Virus record (IMG/VR): IMGVR_UViG_3300037851_000503
Location: 2,767-66,766 of that record
From: a virus
Direction: 5' to 3' (one strand)
DNA: 64,000 nucleotides
The notes beneath the pieces are model-generated. The model ran no database searches. It was not told the origin of the DNA and saw only the letters and a program-made list of their open reading frames with translations. Numbering within the stretch: the first letter of the stretch is position 1; each line of letters starts with the position of its first letter. This document shows positions 9,500-19,550 of this stretch, one piece after another. Both the position numbers and the translations under genes were made by a program.

Positions 9500-9694
9500 T
9501 TATACATACTCGTTCATACTCTGCAAGACCCTTTTTATTAAATATTTCTAATCCTTCTAAGTTATTCTATTGACTAATACTTAGATATTAAATAGAACTC
9601 TAAGTGAGGGAGCTTTCAGGTTCCTTGTTACATCCTTACTTCAGTGCTACGGGGGAGAGGGCAACTTCTCCTCCTTATTTGAAAGGTAATAAAG

Positions 9695-10054
9695 ATGCCA
9701 GTAATGCCACTAATGCCCGGAGGGGCTGATCAAATGGCGACTCCAATGCCAGGGGGTCCGGCAGGTGGAGCTTATCCGCCTTCGCCGACAGGTGCGGGGC
9801 CGTCAGGAGATCTTGCTTCGCTATTAGGAATTGGTGGAGTCCCTTCCATGGGTGGGGGAGTAGATCCTCTTCAGGGAGCGCTGGGACAATTCGACATGCT
9901 CGCGCAGATGATTAGTGATCTGGCGAGAGCATTCCCCGGATCGGAACAGATCGCATCCCAGATGATGGAAGCCCTCGACGCATGGCGTCAGCAGGTTTTG
10001 ATTATGGCAACTCCTCCTTCCAGCGCAATGCCGGGAGCGGATGCCATGATGTAA
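9695..10054 (+). CDS. Gly/Pro/Met-rich hypothetical protein (first gene of head module)
   Basis: RBS plus ATG; low-complexity PGG repeats; precedes the scaffold-like gene. Confidence 0.4.
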   Translation: MPVMPLMPGGADQMATPMPGGPAGGAYPPSPTGAGPSGDLASLLGIGGVPSMGGGVDPLQGALGQFDMLAQMISDLARAFPGSEQIASQMMEALDAWRQQVLIMATPPSSAMPGADAMM

Positions 10055-10147
10055 ATGCCTAAGTTACTAACCTCTTAAACCAACCCTTCCGATGGGAGTC
10101 CTACTAACGTAGATACCAACCCCGGCAGGGAGTCGAAAAGGAGTCTG

Positions 10148-11170
10148 ATGGCAAATGAAGCTATTGAGCGTGCGGTCCAATCTCTAATAGATAGTGGGCG
10201 GATCTCTCGCGATTTAAAAAACGAGTATGTCACTCATCTTGAGTCTCAGTTGCAAAATGAGATTCTTAGAGGAGCGGATTATACCAACAAGACTAAAGCT
10301 CTGGCGGCTGAGAAGAGACAAATAGAAGAGTCTCTGGCGCAGGAGAGAGCCAGACTGAATAGTGAAAGAGCTAAACTGGCCCAGTGGCAGGATCAGGTTT
10401 CAGGTCAGTTACAGGAATACGATAGGGTAATGAAGGAACTTCCTTCCCTAACTGCTAAGATTAGCGCCTATGAGCAAGCGCTGAACGACTTCCAGATTAT
10501 GGATAGGGTTCAAGTTCCCAACACCCCTGCTATTCCCTCGATTACTGACCGTAGAGAACCTCAGAGATCTCTTAATGAAAAGTCAATGAATCCAGCGGAT
10601 GTTCCATTCCTGACGAGAGATGCGGCAGCCGGTGCGCTTAGGGAGTTTGCTGTCCTCACCGGGAAGATGTCCAAGATTCAAGCTCAGCACCAGAAGCTAT
10701 TCAATGAACCTCTAGACGATGATTTGATCAGCCACTTCTTTGAGACGGGACAAGATCCTGAAGAACACTGGCGGGTTAAGTATAACGTCGAAGGAAAGAG
10801 GAACGAGATCGCAGCCAGGAATCGGGAAGCGGAGATTGCAAAGATGAGGGAGGATATTAGGACTGAGATTATGCAAAGTCTCGCTTTAGATCCTTCCAGG
10901 ATAGTCGGAGGTCAGGGACAGCAATATAAGGGAGGGCTTACTCCTGTACTTGAAAACTATGCTCAGTCTCGCGCTCTCGCCCATAACGGCATTGACCAAT
11001 CTCAACCAAAGGCCGACGACTTTATCCCTCCCGAAAAGAAGCCGGATATCGCAGCTTCCAGGGACCGTGTAAATCGGGCTGCTGAGTTATTTGCGAAGAA
11101 TTTCGATGTAGTTGGCAGACCTCTAACCGATCATGGTAGAGAGATGGCCAGAAAGTATTCTAGCGATTAG
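10148..11170 (+). CDS. Scaffolding-like coiled-coil protein
   Basis: 340 aa, highly charged heptad-like N-terminal half; located immediately upstream of the capsid candidate. Confidence 0.4.
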   Translation: MANEAIERAVQSLIDSGRISRDLKNEYVTHLESQLQNEILRGADYTNKTKALAAEKRQIEESLAQERARLNSERAKLAQWQDQVSGQLQEYDRVMKELPSLTAKISAYEQALNDFQIMDRVQVPNTPAIPSITDRREPQRSLNEKSMNPADVPFLTRDAAAGALREFAVLTGKMSKIQAQHQKLFNEPLDDDLISHFFETGQDPEEHWRVKYNVEGKRNEIAARNREAEIAKMREDIRTEIMQSLALDPSRIVGGQGQQYKGGLTPVLENYAQSRALAHNGIDQSQPKADDFIPPEKKPDIAASRDRVNRAAELFAKNFDVVGRPLTDHGREMARKYSSD

Positions 11171-11204
11171 TTATTCCCTCGCGGGAAACTTCCTGCTGGT
11201 TCTC

Positions 11205-11262
11205 CTTGCGAGTAACATAAAGTAACATAAGAGTAACATCCGAGTAACTTGATGTTACTTTG
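11205..11262 (+). promoter_or_regulatory. Cluster of 4 phased AGTAACAT motifs (+1 inverted copy) upstream of capsid gene
   Basis: gAGTAACATaaAGTAACATaagAGTAACATccgAGTAACTtgATGTTACT, spacing 10-11 bp. Confidence 0.5.
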
Positions 11263-11274
11263 AAAGGAGACAAA

Positions 11275-12471
11275 ATGCCTGATCCGATAGTGACAGCACT
11301 AACGGCAGTAACCAAGGAAGAGATCTGGCCTCGCCAGATTACTGACTCTTTCTTTAGGGCAATTCCATTCTTCTCATACCTGCGTGACAAAGCCCTGGTC
11401 ACTTTCTCTGGTATGACTTTCATGCAGTATCCCTTTCTGTTCCGCCCAATGATCGGAGGAGCTTACTCTCCCGGTCAGGCGTTCAACATCGATAAGGTTG
11501 ACTCGATTGCCGCTCTCCAGTTCAGAGAGAAGTACTATGAGGTCAACGTTACCGAGTTCAAGGAAGAGATTCAGGTTAGGAATAGAGGAGCCAACGCGGT
11601 CTTCTCCTTGCTTGATGCTGATCTGAAGAATGCAATGATGACTCTTTCGACCATCATTGCCATCTCGGCGTGGCGTCACGGTCAAGCGGCTGGCGGTACT
11701 GTCCTGGATGACAGATCCCTGGAGATCAACGGTCTGTCCGAGGCATTGAATGATGGTTTCCTTCCTTCGTTCGACGGAAACATCTTCTCTACTTATGGAG
11801 CGCAGGCCCGTAATGGCGCAGTCGGCGCAGCCCTCAATTCCAAGCCTTATTGGTTAGGTAACTCTAACGGAACTGCTGGTAAGATCACCTATGAGAGGCT
11901 TGAGGATATGTACCAGATTGCTTCTCAGGGTAATTTGAGTCCAGACCTGGGTGTTACTTCCAAGAGAGGAATGACTCTCATCAAGAACACTCTTCAGGTT
12001 CAGCAGCGCTTTATGCAGGAGTCGGACCCTCGCTATGGATTTGAGGGAGTCCTTCTCAATCGCATGAGAATCACCAAGGATGACTATGCGATGTCGGCTT
12101 CTCCTGGATTTGGAGGAACCGGAGCCAGCGATCCTATTCTTGGTAACTGGAACACGGATGGAACGGTTACATCTGGAGCTATTGTCGCAGGTATTGGACC
12201 TTTCAATACTGCTGCCCTGACTGCGGATCAGAGAGGTAACTTCCCAAGTGGCGCGGCCCAGAACTTGGAGGTTCGTGAAGTTATCTGGATGCTGAACACT
12301 GATACCTGGATTCTTCGGATCTCTGATGACGAGGAATTCCAGTTCGGATGGACCGGCTTTAAGCCTGGACAGGACAACACTAGAGTTTCAGGTCAGTCGC
12401 TCGCGGCTGTCAACCTGGAGACTCCAGCGGCCAACCGTCTGAATATTCAGGGTTACGGATTCAACAGCTAA
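11275..12471 (+). CDS. Major capsid protein (putative)
   Basis: ORF-track start 11260 is TTG inside an AGTAACAT repeat; the ATG at 11275 has RBS aaaggagacaaa. ~400 aa follows the scaffold-like gene, and the strongest motif cluster lies upstream. Confidence 0.5.
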   Translation: MPDPIVTALTAVTKEEIWPRQITDSFFRAIPFFSYLRDKALVTFSGMTFMQYPFLFRPMIGGAYSPGQAFNIDKVDSIAALQFREKYYEVNVTEFKEEIQVRNRGANAVFSLLDADLKNAMMTLSTIIAISAWRHGQAAGGTVLDDRSLEINGLSEALNDGFLPSFDGNIFSTYGAQARNGAVGAALNSKPYWLGNSNGTAGKITYERLEDMYQIASQGNLSPDLGVTSKRGMTLIKNTLQVQQRFMQESDPRYGFEGVLLNRMRITKDDYAMSASPGFGGTGASDPILGNWNTDGTVTSGAIVAGIGPFNTAALTADQRGNFPSGAAQNLEVREVIWMLNTDTWILRISDDEEFQFGWTGFKPGQDNTRVSGQSLAAVNLETPAANRLNIQGYGFNS

Positions 12472-12504
12472 GCAGACGCTTCGGCTCTCGCAACCATGTC
12501 ACCG

Positions 12505-12590
12505 CGAGGCTTAGTTACAAGTAACATGGAAGTAACATGGAGTAATATTTTAGTTATTCTATGTTACTTCTAACATGGAAGGAAAATAAC
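12505..12590 (+). promoter_or_regulatory. AGTAACAT/ATGTTACT motif cluster
   Basis: gttacaAGTAACATggaAGTAACATggagtaat...ATGTTACTtct. Confidence 0.45.
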
Positions 12591-13241
12591 ATGTTTCGTA
12601 GAAGTACTAACAATCCCTGGATCTCTCCTAGCGGCTTTCTAAACTCGGGAGGATTCGAGGCTATTGGCGGTGCGGACACAGCGCCGGGAGCAGGTCAGCG
12701 CTTTCCTGGCCTCTTGGGACAGACAGTCGTTCACTCGAACGCTACTGCCCTTAAGGCATCCAGGCTAGCTACTGGAACTCTCTTCGAGGGAATCTACCAG
12801 TTGGTCAGGTATGCTCCAGGTGTTACTACCATCTCCAGAGGACAGCTAGTCTTCTGGGATACTCTAGCCAATAACGGTATTCCTAACTTTAGAGTAACGG
12901 GAACTCCGACTGCTACTACTAACTTTAGGGCAGGAGTAGCATTAGCGGCTGAAACTGCGGGTGGTAACTTGTATGCCTGGATTCAGGTTGCCGGAATGGC
13001 GTCGATTCTGTTCGGTGCGTCTCCTGCGGCGGCTGATGGTCAGTTAGTTATTCAGGCAACCGCCGCTGATACTCCTCTCCTGACTGTCGCGACAGTCAAT
13101 ACTTTTGCGGATGCGACTGCGGTTCCAACCACGGTTGCATGGCATAAGTCTAGAGTTGGAATCAACTATGGTGTTCCTACCGCTTCTGTTCCTAACAGAG
13201 TTCTGATGGATTTGAACGCCTTCGTTCCTAACATCGGATAA
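12591..13241 (+). CDS. Hypothetical virion protein (Ala/Thr/Gly-rich, beta-rich)
   Basis: ATG 12591 with RBS ggaaggaaaa; the earlier ATG 12561 lies inside the ATGTTACT motif. Confidence 0.45.
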   Translation: MFRRSTNNPWISPSGFLNSGGFEAIGGADTAPGAGQRFPGLLGQTVVHSNATALKASRLATGTLFEGIYQLVRYAPGVTTISRGQLVFWDTLANNGIPNFRVTGTPTATTNFRAGVALAAETAGGNLYAWIQVAGMASILFGASPAAADGQLVIQATAADTPLLTVATVNTFADATAVPTTVAWHKSRVGINYGVPTASVPNRVLMDLNAFVPNIG

Positions 13242-13250
13242 GGAGGACTA

Positions 13251-13610
13251 ATGCCAGCAGTTCCAACATTTACAAGAGTAGCAGGTGCTCGCGGGATCGA
13301 CGGGACCACTCGTGAGGAATACTACGATATTGGCTTTGCCAGTGACGGAGTAAACTCCAACTATATCACGACGGGTATTCCCATCGGTCCAAGGAACATG
13401 GGTCTACTCGTGATCTTCGGAGTGGAGGTCATTGGATCGGCGCTTGTTTCAGGTGCCGCCCAAACCGTCCAGGCTGTAGCAGCTTATGATTATAAGACTG
13501 GTAAGCTTCAACTGTTCGGCACTGCCGGAAGTGCAACTGGACTGACCGAGATCGCCAACTCAGTGGATATCGCAACCTTTACGTTTAGGGTAAGGGTAGT
13601 GGGGGCTTAG
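13251..13610 (+). CDS. Hypothetical structural protein
   Basis: RBS aaggagg; tightly packed in the structural operon. Confidence 0.45.
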   Translation: MPAVPTFTRVAGARGIDGTTREEYYDIGFASDGVNSNYITTGIPIGPRNMGLLVIFGVEVIGSALVSGAAQTVQAVAAYDYKTGKLQLFGTAGSATGLTEIANSVDIATFTFRVRVVGA

Positions 13611-14836
13611 TGACCAACTTCCTGATCTATACGAATAAGCTTCGTCAGTGGGTTCCTGCCCTATCTCCCGAACAGGCTGAGGATTTTATCAATGATGCCT
13701 GGAGGGATATCAGGGAAGCGAACGATCAATGGAGCTTCTTACTGGCTCAGGAATATTGGCTCTCTCCTGGAGGGATATCTCTAGTAGGATTGGGAGTTAC
13801 TCAGTTTAGCGCCGTAGTAACATTGGACTATAGTTCCTTGTTACTTGTAGCTAACCTGAGTAACCCTCCTATTACTCAAAGGCAGTTAAGATTTATGTTG
13901 AGTGGAGGACCGATCTATGAGATTGCCTCAACTGATGCTCAACAAGTTAGTGATGGAGATATTGTAGCGACTGATCAAACTCTACAATGTCTAACCTCGT
14001 CTCCTTTCGTCTTAGGGGATGTAGGAAAGAAGATAGTAGTTGCCGGGGCCGGACTTGCTGGAGATAACCTCCAAACTACAATCGCTTCTTTTACTGCTCC
14101 TAATGAGGTGGAACTTACCGACGCCGCCTCAACTACAGTTGTAGGTGCTCAAGTAAGTTGGGGATCTAATATTACTTTAGGGAGAGTGTACAATGAGCAA
14201 ACCAATAGTGGCGCTACCGCTCTCCTATATAGAGTATACTATTCTCCTTTAACTACCGACTTTCAGAGAATAGATAACTTGATGGACCCAATAACTGGTT
14301 ACGAGTTTGGGTGGGATATCTATCCTATCGATCTTCTTAACCGAATAGATCCCCAGCGATCCGCTGTTAGGGAACCTTACCAGTTATTTCTTCATCACTT
14401 TGATACAGTAACAGGTCTTCCTGTTTATGAGTTGTGGCCGGGGCCTACTGTTCAAAGAGCTTACACTGTTACCTTCTGGAGATTGGGACTACCATTCTCC
14501 TCCGATACGGATAGTCTTCCTCCTCAGATCACTGAGGAACTACTTCTCCTAAGAGCTAGATACTTAGGATATGAATGGGGAGCGGCCAATGATCCGGACC
14601 CTAAAAAGAGACAGTCTTATGCGGATCTCATGCAGAGAGCTAAGACTAAGTACTCAACTGAGGGACAGCCGGGAAGACCTCTTGGACTTTTGGATCAGGC
14701 CCTTCGTAGGGATGAGGAAGTAGCTCTTATTCAGGGAAGACATCGCCCACGCCGTCCAGGTCCGGGATGGCCAGTTGATAGTAACTTTGCTCAAAGTCAC
14801 GCGATCCCTGGATGGTGGTCCGGCTACTCAGGATAG
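13610..14836 (+). CDS. Hypothetical structural protein (GTG start overlapping upstream stop)
   Basis: 408 aa, translationally coupled (taGTGa). Confidence 0.45.
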   Translation: MTNFLIYTNKLRQWVPALSPEQAEDFINDAWRDIREANDQWSFLLAQEYWLSPGGISLVGLGVTQFSAVVTLDYSSLLLVANLSNPPITQRQLRFMLSGGPIYEIASTDAQQVSDGDIVATDQTLQCLTSSPFVLGDVGKKIVVAGAGLAGDNLQTTIASFTAPNEVELTDAASTTVVGAQVSWGSNITLGRVYNEQTNSGATALLYRVYYSPLTTDFQRIDNLMDPITGYEFGWDIYPIDLLNRIDPQRSAVREPYQLFLHHFDTVTGLPVYELWPGPTVQRAYTVTFWRLGLPFSSDTDSLPPQITEELLLLRARYLGYEWGAANDPDPKKRQSYADLMQRAKTKYSTEGQPGRPLGLLDQALRRDEEVALIQGRHRPRRPGPGWPVDSNFAQSHAIPGWWSGYSG

Positions 14837-14935
14837 AGTCATGAATAAAAAAGAGGACTTGATCAAATACTTAATGGAGAAATGTCCAGACTCTTTATGA
14901 AAGAAAAGTTTGGATGCCTATAAGGAGAAATTTAT

Positions 14936-15331
14936 ATGCCGATGGATGATTACGCTAATGGCGCTGGTCCTGGTGGAGGACTCGGTAATAAGCATGGACA
15001 GATTGGATCTCCTCTTCAGCCCTGTCCTTACTCTATTGAGGCGGGAGGAGGAAAGTCCATCAAAGGTGGAGAACCTAATGGACCTTTCGGCAAATATCTT
15101 GAGTCTCTATCCGCTCTCCCAATCGTGGGAAGGGATGGCCTGACTGCGAATATGCCTGAGGGATTTGCCAATACTGGAGGGAATACCGGAAGAATCCGGA
15201 CTCCAATGGATAATCCGACATCCGCAATGCCCGGAGTTACTGGTTCCGATGGCACTGGCCCAACCAGTGGCGGAGGAGCGAAGATCAGTTCTCCATTCAG
15301 TTCTCCCTGGGGAGATACGGTTGGATCTTAG
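14936..15331 (+). CDS. Gly-rich hypothetical protein
   Basis: ORF with G/P-rich composition in the structural cluster. Confidence 0.3.
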   Translation: MPMDDYANGAGPGGGLGNKHGQIGSPLQPCPYSIEAGGGKSIKGGEPNGPFGKYLESLSALPIVGRDGLTANMPEGFANTGGNTGRIRTPMDNPTSAMPGVTGSDGTGPTSGGGAKISSPFSSPWGDTVGS

Positions 15332-15398
15332 TTACTATTTAGTTACTTTAAAAGTAACATAAAGTAACATCTTAGTAACAAGAGGGGTAATATAAGTA
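15331..15398 (+). promoter_or_regulatory. AGTAACAT motif cluster upstream of tail-fibre-like gene
   Basis: tAGTTACTatttAGTTACTttaaaAGTAACATaaAGTAACATcttAGTAACAag. Confidence 0.45.
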
Positions 15399-17204
15399 AT
15401 GGCACTGGGATATACACAGGGCTACGTGGAACTGGGAGGACAGGCTGTTGTCACGGATGGGCGAAGCTCCGTTACTGACGTACAGAGAAGCTTTCCTGGT
15501 GCTACAGTAACAGTCTATAACGCGGGAACTCTTGTTCTCGCCACTATCTATTCCGACGTCCTTTTTACCCCAAAGGCCAATCCCTTCGTTGCCGATAGTA
15601 CAGGGTATTGGGGATTCTTCGCGGAAGAGGGAAGCTATGATGTCCAATTTAGTGGCGCTGGCATTCCCTCTCCCTTCTCTCTTCTTAATTGGAGAATTCT
15701 AGCTACGGCAGGTATTCCCGATCCTGGATCTAATGGAATTATAGTTAGGACAGCCCTCAATACGGTAGTAGCTAGAACTATCCAGGGAACTACTTCAGAG
15801 ATAATTGTTACCAATGGGAATGGAGTAGCAGGAAATCCTACTATCTCATTATCCTCTTTCCTGGAGTTTACGGGAAAGACGATCAATGGTGGCACTTACA
15901 TTTCTCCCGGCATATCCAACTTTCAGAGCGCTCAGCATAATCATGAAAGCGCTACTGGAGGGGGACAGCTAAATGCAACTAATGTCTTTAGTACCGGGAC
16001 GGTTCCGATTTCTAGACTTCCTGTTTTTGTCGGAGCCACTGGAGTCAGCGCTGGAGTAGAGGGATTAGTCCCTGCCCCGGCTGCCGGACAGCAGAACTTA
16101 TTTCTTAGGGGAGATGGAAGCTGGCAGTCAACAGGTGGGGGCGGGGGAATTCCAGGATCTCCTAACGGATCTCTACAGTATAATAATGCTGGAGCGTTCG
16201 GAGGAGTATCTGGAGGATCGAGCGATGGAACCAATGCCATCTTTACCAGTGGAACACTAAGAGCGACCTCTCCTAGAATAACTACTTCGGTTTTTGACGC
16301 CGATGGTAATGTAATTGTTGCACTATCTCCGGTCGGCAGCGCTGTCAATCAAATAACTCTTGCCAATGCCGCAATGGGTGGCGCTCCTGTTATTAGCGCA
16401 ACAGGTTCCGATACCAATATAAATATCGTCCTCACCCCAAAGGGAACCGGAATCAACTTTACAAGCGGCAATATCCAGATTAGTAACAATGCTCCTCAGC
16501 TTGTCCTAACTGACGTAAACGATTCTAAGCAGGCTAGAATAGTACTGAACGGATCCAGCTGGCAGTGGGTGAACGATACAGCGGGACAGACTCCTATCAG
16601 TATAGATACCACTAACTCAGATATTACTACTGTAGGTAATCTATTCTTTGCTAAGGCAGGGACTATAACTATAGGCCGTCCTAGCCAACTGGATCTACAA
16701 CTAAGCAATACCACCGGTGTCTACACGTTCGGCCAGATCCCTGAACTGCCAGCTTCTAATCCTACTACCTCCAATCAGGCAGTAAGGAAAGCTTATGTGG
16801 ATGGGAAGAAGACGGCCTTCTCGTTCTCCTGGTTTATTGACGATCCTTCTACTTTCCCTGTCGCTACCCAGGATCTTCCTAAGTTCATTTGTCCTGAGGG
16901 AACCTCCATTACTCTCACTAAATCCAAGGTAGTGTTCAGCAACGGATCTCACACATCAGGAGGAGACGTAAGGTTTAACTTCCAGCAAAGGACGGCATCC
17001 AGTACTTGGACCTCCTTTACTAACTTTGGACTTATTGCCCTTAATAATACTAACAATACCCAAAACGTGGTATATGAGGTTGACTTTGGAGATGTCGTCC
17101 TATCGGCAGGCGACACTGTTCTATGCTTTATAGATTTCAGGGGAGGAACAATAACTGAGAGAGATGTTACTATTGCCTTGATTGGTACTCAGTTACTAAC
17201 ATAA
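15399..17204 (+). CDS. Tail fibre / receptor-binding-like protein
   Basis: 601 aa, Gly/Thr/Ser/Asn-rich beta composition with GGGGGIPGSPNGSLQYNN repeats; motif cluster and RBS upstream. Confidence 0.4.
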   Translation: MALGYTQGYVELGGQAVVTDGRSSVTDVQRSFPGATVTVYNAGTLVLATIYSDVLFTPKANPFVADSTGYWGFFAEEGSYDVQFSGAGIPSPFSLLNWRILATAGIPDPGSNGIIVRTALNTVVARTIQGTTSEIIVTNGNGVAGNPTISLSSFLEFTGKTINGGTYISPGISNFQSAQHNHESATGGGQLNATNVFSTGTVPISRLPVFVGATGVSAGVEGLVPAPAAGQQNLFLRGDGSWQSTGGGGGIPGSPNGSLQYNNAGAFGGVSGGSSDGTNAIFTSGTLRATSPRITTSVFDADGNVIVALSPVGSAVNQITLANAAMGGAPVISATGSDTNINIVLTPKGTGINFTSGNIQISNNAPQLVLTDVNDSKQARIVLNGSSWQWVNDTAGQTPISIDTTNSDITTVGNLFFAKAGTITIGRPSQLDLQLSNTTGVYTFGQIPELPASNPTTSNQAVRKAYVDGKKTAFSFSWFIDDPSTFPVATQDLPKFICPEGTSITLTKSKVVFSNGSHTSGGDVRFNFQQRTASSTWTSFTNFGLIALNNTNNTQNVVYEVDFGDVVLSAGDTVLCFIDFRGGTITERDVTIALIGTQLLT

Positions 17205-17800
17205 TGGCATTACTTACCCAACAACCTACAGCTAATCAAACTCCTGATGCAACTCAGGGAGGTTCGGCTGTTACTGGAATAAGTAATACTGGCCACTCAA
17301 GTACTACTTCTTCGGCAAGTGTCTCTCCTCCGATTGGTAGCGCATCCAGTTCTCAAACCAAAACGGCTAGGTGGTTTACCTTCGCCGACATATTCTCCTC
17401 TTTCCAGGTTAAGAGTAAGAGACTTAAGCTTACCTGGACTGCCTCCGGGAGCGCCGGGGCGGATAATGGCGCGGATGGAGATGCGGATGCTACTTCCTCC
17501 TTTACCATTCAATATACTTTAAATGGTGGAGGAAGCTGGACTACTATAGTAACCGATTCAGCGATAGCTAGCGCGCCGGGAACTCCAAGCGATTCCTTTA
17601 CCAATAACAACTCTGCGGATATTCTCCTTAGCTCAACTCAGGACATAACCCAGGTTCAGGTAAGGGATAATATTGCGGTTTCGGTATCAGCTACGACTAA
17701 CTCTCTTCCAGCAAGTGCTACTGGAAGTTCCACTGTTACTATCTCGTCAATCAGACTTGAGGTAGAAGTGGTGGATACAGTTCTTTTAGTGATGATGTAA
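17204..17800 (+). CDS. Ser/Thr-rich hypothetical virion protein
   Basis: 198 aa, start overlaps upstream stop (taATGg). Confidence 0.35.
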   Translation: MALLTQQPTANQTPDATQGGSAVTGISNTGHSSTTSSASVSPPIGSASSSQTKTARWFTFADIFSSFQVKSKRLKLTWTASGSAGADNGADGDADATSSFTIQYTLNGGGSWTTIVTDSAIASAPGTPSDSFTNNNSADILLSSTQDITQVQVRDNIAVSVSATTNSLPASATGSSTVTISSIRLEVEVVDTVLLVMM

Positions 17801-17807
17801 ATCCAAG

Positions 17808-18041
17808 ATGAGGCTTTTTCATAACGTGGATAACAATAGTGATACGACGGGATGGGGAGCGGTAGGTGTGCTTTTGGCGCTATTGTTGACGCCTGACATT
17901 TTCGCGCAGGCGATAGTAGTCATTCTATTTCCTGCGGTTGGATGGACCATTCTCTATTTTATAAAGAGGGAGTTAATCTATAGGTTCCCTCCTAAGATTA
18001 ACCCTAAGGAACTTAAAGATAAAGACGATCTTACTTCATAA
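17808..18041 (+). CDS. Small membrane protein (one or two TM helices)
   Basis: GAVGVLLALLLTPDIFAQAIVVILFPAVGWTILYFI hydrophobic stretch. Confidence 0.3.
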   Translation: MRLFHNVDNNSDTTGWGAVGVLLALLLTPDIFAQAIVVILFPAVGWTILYFIKRELIYRFPPKINPKELKDKDDLTS

Positions 18042-18112
18042 GTAACATAAAGTAACACATATGTTACTTTTGAGTAACATAGGAGTAACATAGAGTAACT
18101 TAGCAGGGGGCC
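18040..18112 (+). promoter_or_regulatory. AGTAACAT motif cluster
   Basis: taAGTAACATaaAGTAACAcatATGTTACTtttgAGTAACATaggAGTAACATagAGTAACTtag. Confidence 0.45.
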
Positions 18113-18115
18113 TTT

Positions 18116-19516
18116 ATGTTACTCCTATTTTTATATATGCCTTACACTCAGTATACATTCGGAGATATGAAACAGCGCCTAGCGAATGAGCTAGGAGACT
18201 CAGGGAAAGTGTTCTTCACTGATCACGAGCTTGGAAGATATATAATCGAAGCTTTGCATTGGTGGGGACTTTCCACCATGTACTTCAGAGAGACAGGCAA
18301 GATCGATACTGTCGCCAATCAGAGTTTCTACTATATAGAGAATAGTCTATCTAACGGCGCGGGGACCAGTCTTCTTCAAAGCCTCTCCATTACTGATCGA
18401 GAACTCATCAATGATATCAACTACTTCATTATGGAGAATCAGATCTCATCCTGGGCGGGAGGATGGATAGGAACAGAGATGTTCTCCTTACAGGAAATAT
18501 CCTCCATCTTATCCGACTCCAGGGATGAGTTCCTTAAGCTGACTGCCATGATAGCTGAAGGATACGATGTCCCCACTAATGACCAGAGAGTGGAACTTCC
18601 CGCCGATCACATCCGAATTCTAAGAGGAGAGGTCACCCCATCCGGGTCTGCCGGTCCTCTTCCTATCTGGGCGGTTGATCAGGTGGAACTCTATACTACT
18701 TTTAGGGAGACGAGCTTTCCTGAAGCTAGAAGACCTAAAGCCTATACAGTTAGTTATTCTCCTCAGTTGACAGTGGATATCTGGCCCGCGCCTAACGTTC
18801 CTACTCTTGTCGGCATTCAAGGGATAAAGAGCGGAGCCAGCTTAGACCCTCAGTCATCCGCCACTATTTTAAAGATCCCGGATGACGCTTCATTCCTTCT
18901 TAAGTATAGAACCATAGCGGATCTTCTGTCAGGAGACGGTTTAGCTCGCTGCCCTCAGATAGCTCAATACTGTGAGATGCGCTACATGGATGGACTCGAA
19001 GCGGCCAGCAGATATCTTTCAGTCCTATGGCAAAACGATGGGGGGCCGAGAGGGCAAATAACCTCTACTGCTCAATGGGATCAGGTAAGACCGACCTGGA
19101 GATATACTCCGACTGGCCAGCCTAGAACGGTGGCTCAGCTTAACTGGAATACTTTGGCCGTAAGACCTCTTCCAGATGATGAATATACTTTAACTTTCGA
19201 GTCTATTAGAAAGGCTCCTATTCCAACTGCGGACGGAGATTTTATCCAGGTGGGTCGAGAATCGATCCAGGCTATATATGACTATGCTCAACATATAGCT
19301 CTTATTAAGTCTCAAGGTCTGGAGTTTGAAGTAACCATGCAAAGGTATGAGAGCGCCAAGATGATGGCTGAAGAGTATCGTCAACAGGTGGCATCTCAGA
19401 GCTATCTCTATCAATCGACTCAACTTCCTTCTCTACAGGAGAAATGGTTTAGACCTTTGAGAAAGAAGATTCCAGTTCAGGCTTCGGCTGAAGACAGGCA
19501 ATTAGTGGAGGAGTAA
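18116..19516 (+). CDS. Hypothetical structural protein
   Basis: 466 aa; RBS aggggg; motif cluster upstream. Confidence 0.4.
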   Translation: MLLLFLYMPYTQYTFGDMKQRLANELGDSGKVFFTDHELGRYIIEALHWWGLSTMYFRETGKIDTVANQSFYYIENSLSNGAGTSLLQSLSITDRELINDINYFIMENQISSWAGGWIGTEMFSLQEISSILSDSRDEFLKLTAMIAEGYDVPTNDQRVELPADHIRILRGEVTPSGSAGPLPIWAVDQVELYTTFRETSFPEARRPKAYTVSYSPQLTVDIWPAPNVPTLVGIQGIKSGASLDPQSSATILKIPDDASFLLKYRTIADLLSGDGLARCPQIAQYCEMRYMDGLEAASRYLSVLWQNDGGPRGQITSTAQWDQVRPTWRYTPTGQPRTVAQLNWNTLAVRPLPDDEYTLTFESIRKAPIPTADGDFIQVGRESIQAIYDYAQHIALIKSQGLEFEVTMQRYESAKMMAEEYRQQVASQSYLYQSTQLPSLQEKWFRPLRKKIPVQASAEDRQLVEE

Positions 19517-19550
19517 GTTGATTTTGTGGTGAAGGGGGTATATAAATCCT

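Noticed and set aside
12561-12590. Upstream ATG of ORF 12561..13241 (and TTG starts at 11260, 23838)
   Set aside because: These start codons lie inside the ATGTTACT regulatory repeat or are non-ATG. Downstream ATGs with good Shine-Dalgarno sequences were preferred.
15941-16348. Antisense ORFs inside long structural genes (also 21546..21833, 28228..28509, 31157..31504, 23025..23381, 56163..56486)
   Set aside because: Fully nested in opposite-strand genes with strong coding character; typical shadow ORFs.
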